DNA of 59,709 bases, the filler included, from Sphacelaria rigidula (taxonomy: Eukaryota): the NCBI GenBank assembly GCA_964200075.2. It is 7 parts of 7 records of this genome, joined end to end, with 100 filler letters (N's around TTAATTAATTAA, not from the genome) between each part and the next. Parts side by side here need not be neighbours in the genome. Positions count along the whole stretch, not along the records: positions 42,724 to 51,166 come from CAXNAA020011111.1; positions 51,267 to 59,709 come from CAXNAA020011112.1; 5 more parts are not named here. One strand, given 5' to 3'. This document shows positions 49,662 to 59,709 of this stretch, in pieces. The position numbers were made by a program, and so were the translations under genes. Under the pieces are notes generated by a model. It was not told the DNA's origin. It saw only the letters and a program-made list of their open reading frames with translations, and made no database searches. Numbering within the stretch: position 1 is the stretch's first letter; the number at the start of each line of letters is the position of its first letter.

Positions 49662-51166
49662 CGGGCCTTCGCAGGCGGTGCCTCGTGCATTTATGCCGCG
49701 ATGCGAAGCGATGCCGAACCGGTCATGAAAATGCCGCCTGTACCTCGGCTGTACCGTTTCCCATCACTTGGCGCCGAGGATATTAAAGTTCTCCGTATTC
49801 CTGCGCCGCCGAAATAAGCGGTGAAAAGACTCGTGCGCCGTCTCTGCTTAGAATTACCCGTAACAGTCGATTGCACTGCGCAGTACTGTCGCCGCACATA
49901 ATGCCGCGACGGGCTTACGAAATATCTTACGCAAGTCTAAGCGACAGATGTCGGTCGCAATTACTTTCGTCGCGGAAGACACGCTCCACGGTGTTGCAGG
50001 GACTGCACCAGGAGTACGGGTTGGCGTTACTGCCGCCAGATATTTTCTCAATGCCCACGCTTCCTGTTTATCCCCGCGGTATTCCGCAGTGTGCGTACCT
50101 TGACATTTGCTCTGAAGATGTGTACAGCATACAGTATACAAAATGTGGTCGCAATAGTAACCACTTGCGATACTGTCTGCAGTATACCTGTCGCGAGAGG
50201 TTGTCGCCCAGGTGGCGAAGATTGCAAACTAAGAGCAAATGAAAACGGCGTGAGGTCCGCAAAACACAGATGGCGTGCCTGTCAGAGAAAAGTCAATTTC
50301 TTCACTTGGATCCATCACGTCGGAGAATAGCCGGTTGATTGTGATAAAATAAATCTACAAAAACGTCCCCTATCATTCTCACGCCGCCGTGATAAGGCGA
50401 ACGGTAACTCTGGCACTGTAAGAGAAGAGACGTTGCCCTCTACCGGAGCAGGTTCGCAGTGCTCCTCGGCTGAACACACTTTCCTCTTTGGCTACTCTGC
50501 ACGGCCCCGTCTTGCTTCACCCGGCGCCTAAACCCCAACGGAATCTGCCTCTTACATATTGAGAACCTTTACTGTTGAGCATTCCCCGTCTTGGTCCCAC
50601 TCTCGACCGCCAGGGGGCCGAGGCAGACAACAAGGCTGGGAAGATATGCCCCTGGCTTAGCACGGGTTTGATATCATCACCCTCTAGAACTGTCACTAGA
50701 AAGTGTTCTAGTTTTCGGAACAGCTTCAGCGTCGTGCAAAATCGTTGTTTCAGGCCACGCTGCGCTGAAAACGCGTTGGATCGCCGCAACTGCTGCGTCG
50801 ACACCTAGCTTCGGCTTCAACTCATACATACATCAACTCTCAGCTGTATCAGACGCCAGGTGTACCGTGTTGGGGCACCTTTTCTCCGAAAATACCGCCT
50901 CCACACTATTGAAAAGAAATAACACTGAACACTGTTATGGGCGCGCCTGACCCCCCAAAATGATCCAAAAAAGTGTCACCGACCAAAGGCACGAACAGAC
51001 CGGAGATCTCGTTCATCCCCTCATTATGCACGCCGTAAAATCCCCCCAAGTACTTGTGATTTGAGTGGGGTTTCCACTCGACGATTTCCCATTTTCGTTG
51101 TCCCGGGCTACGAACCACGGCGTACCTAGGCTACTCGCCGGCGTGTATTTGTCCAAGCTACAATCT

Positions 51167-51266
51167 NNNNNNNNNNNNNNNNNNNNNNNNNNNNNNNNNN
51201 NNNNNNNNNNTTAATTAATTAANNNNNNNNNNNNNNNNNNNNNNNNNNNNNNNNNNNNNNNNNNNN
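51167..51266. other. Artificial contig spacer
   Basis: N44-TTAATTAATTAA-N44. Confidence 0.98.
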
Positions 51267-53318
51267 CATATGCATAAAAAAAAATCAAAAAAAAAAGAAA
51301 AAAGAAAGAACAAGACCCGAGATAAGCGCAGTAACCATTCTGACGGATCACGGCTATCAAAATGGCCACTTTGTTCTCCTACAGGTGGACTCTAGGTGGT
51401 AACTTCGCTGTCTAGCCGTATTTCTCATTTTTGTACTCACAATTCACCTATCGATAACATGGACACGAACAACGTACTTTTTACTCTGCTCGTGGTCGAT
51501 GCCGCCTGCCTGGACACTCATGTGTCGCCAGCAGAGCTCCACCCTGCCTGTCGGAGTGCTGTTGCGGAACACTAAGAAAAGACATCAGCAGCATGCAGTA
51601 GACTGTGTTCAGAGGAGAGCTATGGCACGTTGACCGTTTCTTGCCGTTGTATCCAGCGGAGACATGGAGCACACATCCTGACTCTGCACGCAATAGACTG
51701 CAGGGTTGAAATCGGTCAGCGGCTCTCCGGGACTGTTTTCTATACAGCTGCCAAACATTCACGTGCTCATGTAAAAAGGCGTTTGGTGTAGCGAGAAAAA
51801 ACCTATCCTGAGCCCTTCACGTGACATGGTCCATCTCAGGCAGCCTGCGGGGGGGGGTCGCTACCTAAGGCTTAATTGATCCCGCAGGAGTCATGATCTA
51901 GCCGTGGTCATTATCCACATGATAGACGTACCCAAGACAAAACAAAACTGAAACACTGGCTGAAGAAAAATGAATAAAAAGAGAAGAGGTAGAACAGACA
52001 AACAGGGTAGACTTAGAAAATAACAGATATCAGAGAAAAATGGCGGGCCTTTGCCACATGGCTTCGGTTGGAAAAGGTCTCGGGCAAAAACCGCATATAC
52101 CTGATCGTAGAAACCAAGAAGAGGTGGGAGCAATTTGCGACTCATCAACTACGACCCCAATATTTTGGGTATGAACCTCTCGTCCACGACCCCTACGGAA
52201 GCGAGGCACCAAACCGCTCTTGCATACACCGGCAGGACAGAACAGGAAACACGTGGTGACAAAAAATGTGAAAAAGTTTTGGAGTGCTGCCGCCGCCTCA
52301 GGTGCCATGTGACGGACGGGAACTGAAGAAAACAAAAAGGCAACTGATTGACTCCAGGAAGTAAAAAGAGAAGAAGCGAAATGAGAAGAGCCGGTTGCGA
52401 TCAACACACATTGTCGATCAAAACCATCCGTTTGATTTTGCTTCTGGCGCAGCGCAGCGCAGCACATCGGAGCGGACGAGACCATGTAGAGGTTACGCCT
52501 GCCGTACAGTGGCATCCACCCGGTGCTTGCGTTGTTGTTGCTACTGCTGTTTTTGAATCGTCGATGCGTACCAACAAAAGCAGACGCAAAAGGCTGGGCG
52601 TGTTGTGTGAGTGACTCCTGAGATTTTACAGGGTATATCGAGGGTATAGCCGCGGCGCCCCGGCGGTCTGAATTAAAACGTTTTTGTACTACGAAGACAA
52701 GCTAGGTCAGGAATATGTGACTTCGAGTCCCACAAGATTCATTTGAGTTTTTTGTAACTTTGGAAGCATCTGGCTTCCGTTGTTAAAGTGAGGACGTGAG
52801 CAGCAAAGATTTTCAAGTTTGTTTCGCCACATACAACGTGGTACGGGAAGTCGCTATCCAATCCGCGATGATGCCAAAGTTCAAGGCGCCGGGTGACAGG
52901 CGGTTTGATCCCTTGAGACCATGGCCAGACTCGTCAGGAAGAGGATGGGGTTGACAGTGTGATGAGAAAAAAAAAGCATTCGCGAACCCTGGCACGGGAC
53001 GTTCGTCCCGAACGGCCCGACATGAAAAGTCCGGACTGGAATCAACCACTTTATGAAAATATGATTTCTTAATAGATACTTGTGGGAATTTGTCCCTTTT
53101 ATGTGGTGGTCTCCACATCGTCCCCCCCTTTAATAATTCCCTTGAAGGTGTTGTAGAAGTAACTTTTTACGCCGGCTAGCAGTAGGAATCTTGCCTTTTA
53201 CTTCACACATCTTCCACGTGTGTAAGGTCACCCAACCAACAATCGCCGCCGGAGATTTTCTGTGTGTTTTGGCCTCTGCTTCAGAAGACATCCACCATGT
53301 TTTTGGCTCCCGCCAATT

Positions 53319-53361
53319 TGGTGGGATCCGGGACTTGAACCCGGGACCTCCTGTTTGCTTG
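53319..53361 (-). mobile_element. tRNA-derived SINE head fragment (3' half only)
   Basis: CAAGCAAACAGGAGGTC-CCGGG-TTCAAGT-CCCGG-ATCCCACCA gives a perfect T-stem/loop with a B box, but no D arm or A box upstream. Confidence 0.6.
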
Positions 53362-56259
53362 ACGCCCGTGTGAAAAGGTGATTGCTTGACAGACACTTGT
53401 GGGAATTTTTCCCTTGTATGTCGTGGTTCCCGCAATGTGTCGAACAAAAGTTTTCACGACAGGATCGCGTAAACTCCACAGTAATACGAATCTGTATCCG
53501 CGTCGTCATTCTCTAACTATTGAGTTGTTGGTTCCATGATTGGTTGCTACAATAGGAACACGAATTTTGACAAACGAGTTCGTGCGAACTTCATTGCGGA
53601 TCTGCATGCCTTCTTCCGCCGGTCTTCCTACGAGTGTGATTATTCTCCACCAAATCTACTTGGTGCCTTGGTAGCCGAAGGACAGTGTGCAGTGTTGTAT
53701 GTTCTGGCGATATGATCTGTGTTCGGACGGCATCGCAACACGACGTGGAAACTCGAAGCTGTGATGCATTCGCGTAGACTTAGACGTCCAGTTGTAGCTG
53801 CGAGAGGAAATAGATAACCAAGCGTAGAGTTTGGTTGGTTCGAATATGGTTACAGGCGGCATCGAGTTCTCGTCCGATATTAGTGATTTATTCTCGCGTT
53901 TATTGGACGGTGGACGACTGAAGCGTTGCATGCGTCTCAGTCCGCCGGCGACAAAGCTGGTGCGTAACGGCATCGTAGGTTGTGGCCTGTGGAGGGCGAC
54001 GTGAACCATGAAAACTGAGAGTCCCAACAAAAGGGCGCGCCGTCATGAGAGAGGGGGGTGATCATGGGTTGACTTGATGCGGGGATAAGGCGCGCCAACG
54101 TCGATCTCGTGATCAAAACAGGCACACAGCGGAGTACACCGCTTCCTCTTTTTCTCATTTCCTCCCCACACACAAAGGATGAACAAATATTATCTTCTCA
54201 GTTTTTATTTCGTAAGTGGGGACGGTGCTCCCACCAGGCGGTGATGTGAGAGCATAAATATGGGTGCAGTATGTTCGGCGTTCCGGTTGTACGTACTGCC
54301 GTCAGACATCCGTGCACATTTCATCTGCACGCTCCCGCAACGCAAGGTTACGGAAACACGACGCAGGAAACGACAGACTTCATGCACACCTTAACGCTTT
54401 ACCTTCGGGCCCCTGAGTTTCTCCACCCAGTTGCTAAGTTACCTATGATCGGTAGGCACGCGTCCAGTACGAGGGTGCACGAGAGGGAATAAACGGATGG
54501 ATCGCTCTTCTTTTTCGATACTGATACCGATACCGCAACTGTTTCCGCTGCACACACACACCCACGCGCGTGTTCCTCATTCGTCACATCGTGTTGTCCA
54601 AGGAAAATACCCAAGAATTTTCTGCGCTGCACGTGCAGCACACACTCATACACCCACTAGTACACCAGCCATGGATGGTGAAATTCAGGACCGCGGCTTT
54701 TTGGTTTTCTGGTCGGCAGAATTGCTCGCATACCACTGACCGAAGGGGACACCATGACTCACATAGTATACATTTACATTCCGAGCTTGGAAACAGACGT
54801 CCAATCACTCCCGTCATCGTATTTTTTATTCATTTATTCATTCATCGTGTCGTCCAATCTCTATTTTGTTTTTTCGTTTTTGTTGTCCCTCTCTCGCTCT
54901 GTACCAGTCCCGGAGCACGACGTACCGACTCAAGGCAGTTCTGGAAATCCTTCTCAAGGCCCAAAAGGAGCTGGCAGCACGAAGTTCTCTCAAAAGCACG
55001 CTGGGATAATACACGAAGAAAAAAAAACATTGAAGAGGGAGCACGCACACGAGAAAGGAACAGGAGAAAAAATCGTCTCGATGGTTTACTTCTTCTTTTC
55101 TTTTTTGCTCGCGGGTGTGACGTTTGCTGTAGATTTGCTACGACGAACAAAATGTACGTGTGTTCTTTTTGACGAGAGCGAAATATATGCTCTACTTCAG
55201 AGATTATAACGATAATGGTGTTGGAACATGACGTGTGTACTTTGTTGTTTTCGAAATATGACAGTTGTGCTTTGCTGCCCTTGGAGATGGCATGTTTCTT
55301 GGCCGTGTAATGAATTTGGGATGCGCTTCGTTGAGATGCTGATGGTATGGAAGAGGTTAACGAAAAAGACGTGGTGATAGGGACGGAGATGTGTGCAAAA
55401 GTGGAACGGAGAGTGGCTTAGGCTGTGTGTGCCCCCATCAACCGCGTTGAAGTATTGTGTAGCTCAAATGATTGAAGGCTGACTGCCCGCATCACACGCC
55501 CCGTGTCCTGGTGTTGGCTGTATTGTTTGTCGATAAGAGCCGGTGGATGACTTGTCGTTGATCATAACATGCGAGGCTGATCTTTTACACTCGTCGATTT
55601 TTTTGCACGTTCCCAACTAGTTGATCATCTCGACGTGAAAAAAGTACTGCCTAATTCAGGTCAACCACGATGTTCTGGGAACCTTTTCTTTGTACTTATT
55701 GTCTCGTTTCCGCACCCTGATGCCCGGCTGTGTAGTTGCCGAAGACTGAACCACCACCAGATTTGGCCTTCAGGAGTAGACGATCGTGCTTGTTTTCCCT
55801 TGCGTGTTCATGAATTCAATACCACCAACGGTTTCCATAAATATCAAAAACCTGTTCATGCGCATGCTGGTTGGTTGTTTCCGTCCATTCTTGTGAAGCC
55901 GGTGAGTGCTGTCAGCCTGATGAATGCCGGTTACAGTTTCTCTTTGTGTGAGTCTGACTCACGTACCAACTCGCGGGGAAGACGACGACTTACTGCCATT
56001 GTCCACAGTAACCATCCTACTTTTTCGTAATTTTATCGACTAAAACCCGTTGGAAACTGAGCTGCCCACATGTACATGAACGTAATACCGGATGGATAGT
56101 ACTCGTCGGTAATCTGGCAATTATGTTCGTGTACGTGGTGTCGGACGCTGAGCCCAACGGTTTTGTAAAATTCCAATTTCACTCACGAGCTGGGACAGCT
56201 TGAAAGCGGCTCAAAGTTGCCCACACAGCTTGCCGAGTTTCCCGAATGAACCCGATGTA

Positions 56260-56470
56260 ACACGGGCTCTTGCAAATTTGGGATGGATCTTTTATTGGGG
56301 ATGAGGAACCCGTAGAATTCATATCTTCGTATCCACACCAAATCTTCGAAATATGATTACATTTCTTCACCCACTGATAGCCATTGACAACTGCTACACG
56401 CCATAGAAATTTGGACTTCGATCACCGAAATGTTGGGGTCCTAGTTGAAAAACAATTTTCGGAACCATTG
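56260..56470. mobile_element. Single arm of the 29379 fold-back family
   Basis: ACACGGGCTCTTGCAAATTTGGGATGGATCTTTTATTGGGGATGAGGAAC..TTCGTATCCACACCAAAT..ACCGAAATGTTGGGGTCCTA. Confidence 0.85.
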
Positions 56471-57489
56471 GGGGGTTTGCGCGGATGAAACTCGGGTCTC
56501 GTCCTGAAGTTCAAAGCAAGACGCAACTGTCACCCGACTTCGGTTAAACAACTAGCTTTTAAAGAACCCACCGACTATGATGATGTGAAGACCAAATTTG
56601 GGTGTTGGGCCAGGCTGGGCTCGGTCTTTCCTATTGGCCAACAATCTCAAGTCCGCTCGATCTTTACCGGTACGGAGTTTTGGGAAGTAAATATGCCCCC
56701 AAAGTCCGCAGCAAAAAGATCGTTTATATCTTCCCTCGGTTTGGTCTTTTAGATGTTCATGCCATTGGTCGGCAGCCCCGAAGGGTTTTCCGTCCTCCCG
56801 GCACATACCACACCAGCTCTATCATCGCGCATAGGGCGTACACCACACCATACGCCGAAGACGGTTGGTGTGACATTGGTGTTCACATGAGGTGTCTCCA
56901 TCCTCGAGCGGGTTAAGGTGTCAGGACCCGCAGTTGGATCACCTCATAGTCCCCTCTACAGGGTCATTATTTATCCTGTAACATCCCCCCTTTTAGATTT
57001 GCCAAGTGTTTTACCAGGCATATCTAATCGGGTTGAGACTTGCGCAATCAACCAGGGACCGTGTGACATTAAGGCGGCGCTTCATACACAAGTCCTCGTT
57101 GTTTCCCACGAGGAAAATACGGGGTAGAGACCCGTTTCGGCTGCACCCGGTTTCACACACACTTCTCTATTGCTTTCCACCGGGAGAGTACGGGAGAGAG
57201 GCCCGTTTCGGCTGCACCCATATTCGGCTGTACCCGTGGGACCAGGTGACTTTCTCATCTTTTTCTGCATCTCTGAGCTTGAGTGAATGTTCCACTCTTA
57301 TTCACCCTGTTGTATCGGGTTCTCCAGCTGCAAATCGCTCACTCGGGGGGAGGTGTGCGTCTGGTGGCATGGCTTCTACTTCCTATAGTTTGCAACCCGT
57401 TCTCGGTGTGTACTGGATACCTCTCACTCTAAACTGCTAATTTTACGCAGTCCCCCCCTGCTGAAATCCAACCACTCGTCGTACGGGTA

Positions 57490-57727
57490 GAGTGATGCTG
57501 CGATAGGGTCTGCACTTTTGGGGCCAAAACCGGCCTGAGAAAATTCAATATCTGAGAACATTGTGACCTCCGCCCGAACCTCAGACTGGAATTATCTCGT
57601 GGGTCATGGATGCATGTTCCACCCTGAGCCTCTAAGAACTATGGTGAGAGTCAAAGGTGATTCGACGTGCCTAAATCCCGATTCCCTCTCAGGCCGCAAA
57701 AGCGCAGACCCTATCGCAGCATCACTC
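57490..57727. mobile_element. GAG..CTC MITE (238 bp), third subfamily
   Basis: The 31-bp TIRs GAGTGATGCTGCGATAGGGTCTGCACTTTTG / CAAAAGCGCAGACCCTATCGCAGCATCACTC have 1 mismatch. The TSD is GGTA (57486-57489 / 57728-57731). Confidence 0.92.
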
Positions 57728-59709
57728 GGTATCTTACGCGCTCGTATGGATCAAAGTATCATATAGCTCACCTGTCTCTACTTTATCGCCGACGTTCCCG
57801 GGACGTATCTTATGATGCTTGCACTACGTCTCTGGCGAGCTTTTTGCTTGTTTCCCTGTTTGGCTTCTAGGACAACCTTAACCTAGTCTGGTTCATGATT
57901 TAATGTTCGTTTCACGAAATTCATTCGACTTGACGCGGTGTCGGTGCCGCTCTTTTGTCGTTCAAGAGTGTCTAGGGCAGCTGGGAGAGTACGGTTAAAA
58001 AATATTTGAAATGGGGGTATGTTGGAAGGGACGGATGGAACCAGGTGTACGTTTAGTCCAACACGTTGGGTCTACGACCCGTCCCACTTGTCGGACAATG
58101 TATCATGCATCCATGCCCTTGCCCTCTCAACGGTACCTTGACCTCCTGGGTGATTTGCGGGTCGGTAGTCCATTGATAACTCAAGTCATGTACATAAATA
58201 CCTCACTCATACTCTGCGGGGCTCCCCCCTTTTTGGCTGCAAATTAGTTTAAGCATAACGAACGTTTCACACAGGATCAATAGTGGGATGCGGGCCACCC
58301 GTATCGACTCTTTTGTCGGGCGGGGGCAGGCAAAAGGGTTTTGGTGCCCAGTTGATAATTTGTGGTGTATCGACTATCGGATGTATATATGAAGTGAGTG
58401 TCCTGGAAGACAATCTCCAATGTCAATCAGGGCTACAAAAGGCAACTCTTTGGCATCGTTATAGGTTGAGACCGGCCTTTTCCCAGCGTCTGCAACCGTA
58501 TGATCGAGCGTACTCGCGGCAGTCTCTGTTCGTACTGTTCGAGCAGAAATGACGCTGCAAAAATAGCATGGTGTGTGCTAGTTCAGTGTGCGCGTATTTA
58601 GTGTGCACCAGTGCTGTCAGGTCACACATCAGTTGTCGCTGGATGGCTAAAGTTGACATATGTTCATCACCGGTACCCACAACAGACAATGATCGTCCCT
58701 GGCGTAGCACTCTGGAAAGCGTTTTTCGAGTCTTCCCTCTTCGCATCGTTGAATAGAGCAGCTCGTGTTCGGCTAAGTTGGTGAATGTTGTTTCTTTTAT
58801 CTCTCCCCTTTTTTTTTTGTTCTTGCCACTAAATTTTAGCATCTGCACTGGATAAAAGGGGGGGAAAGTGCTAACACCGTTGGGGGTTCTGGATATGAAG
58901 CTTAACGAATTTGGAGCACAACCCTCAGGTGTTCAAGACTCCTCACAAATTACTGCAATAAGCAACTATATCTGGTTCAAAACACTTGCAGACATCAAAC
59001 GCTATGGGATAGATAGTTCTCAAATCTTTTGTACAGCACAGCAAAAGGATAACATACCTCCCCAAAACCCAAACTCATGATGAGCTGTAAGATGGCAAAT
59101 AAAAGAATAACTCGATGGATAGATCTAGGATAAATTCCAATTTTCAAATTGGTTGTTGTCTCAGGCCATTCCAGATTTGGCTAAAGATTTCTGTGACAGA
59201 AAACACTCTCGTTTTTTTCGGAATACTTTTCGAGATACGAGCAGAACCTCTAAAAAAACAAGCAGAACTTTTTGGAAAACGAGCAGAAGCTTTCGGAAAA
59301 CTGCTAAAAAACTGCTCAAAACATGACCCCATTATCTTGACTACAGGGTGGTACACCCAGCACCAGACAACTCTGCAGTGGTGTATGGACTGCAGAGTAC
59401 TACACTCAACACCAGACAACAGGGCAGTATGCAGTGTTTTTTAGTTTCAAAAAAACCTGAACACGGACCTTCTGTGTGTGTGACCCCGGCTGGTGCGCCC
59501 ACATATACCAACATGTCTAGACCGGCGTCGAAAATAGATGAGACGACAACACACACACGCACAGTGTACATACAAATGCCGCACAGCAGGCAGCAGACAA
59601 CTAACTTGTAGTCTGCCGATGTGTGGGGGGGGGGCGTTGCTCTATTGCAGCGGAAGCTTCGAGGCGAGAATATACCACTATCAAACCCAAGAACAAAGGA
59701 AAGAGGCGG

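Noticed and set aside
53319-53400. Functional tRNA gene
   Set aside because: There is no D arm, A box or 5' acceptor strand; only the T arm and 3' end are present.
58283-59444. Short ORFs and three 21-bp tandem units (GCAGAA..AAAAC) near the window end
   Set aside because: There are no family motifs, and the tandem is short and degenerate, so it is not enough to call a gene or element.

Overview
Eukaryotic nuclear DNA, most consistent with a brown alga or other stramenopile. This is an inference from the long GT-AG introns with short exons, the gene families present and the dense MITE load. The window is NOT one locus. It is seven contigs of 8446, 8446, 8444, 8444, 8443, 8443 and 8443 bp joined by identical 100-nt N44-TTAATTAATTAA-N44 spacers, i.e. 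a size-sorted concatenation of unplaced contigs. Contig 1 holds a decayed Ty3/Gypsy retrotransposon (- strand) carrying a nested solo LTR and MITEs; excising two of these restores its frame. Contig 2 holds a complete 5-exon RPL13A (uL13) gene head-to-head with exon 1 of MED6. Contig 3 holds four phase-consistent exons encoding a VHL-beta-like domain followed by the start of a putative 2OG-Fe(II)/prolyl-hydroxylase-like domain, which is the most interesting protein here. Contig 4 holds a small putative coiled-coil gene, nested MITEs, a fold-back element and a 2-kb low-complexity exon. Contig 5 holds four exons of a formylglycine-dependent sulfatase and a TIR element filled with a 42-43 bp phased array of CAATATATATTG palindromes. 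Contigs 6-7 are mostly repeats: GAG..CTC MITEs with 4-bp TSDs, a piggyBac-like MITE, a tRNA-derived SINE fragment and a possible DNA methyltransferase motif remnant. All exon boundaries were read by eye and no database searches were run.
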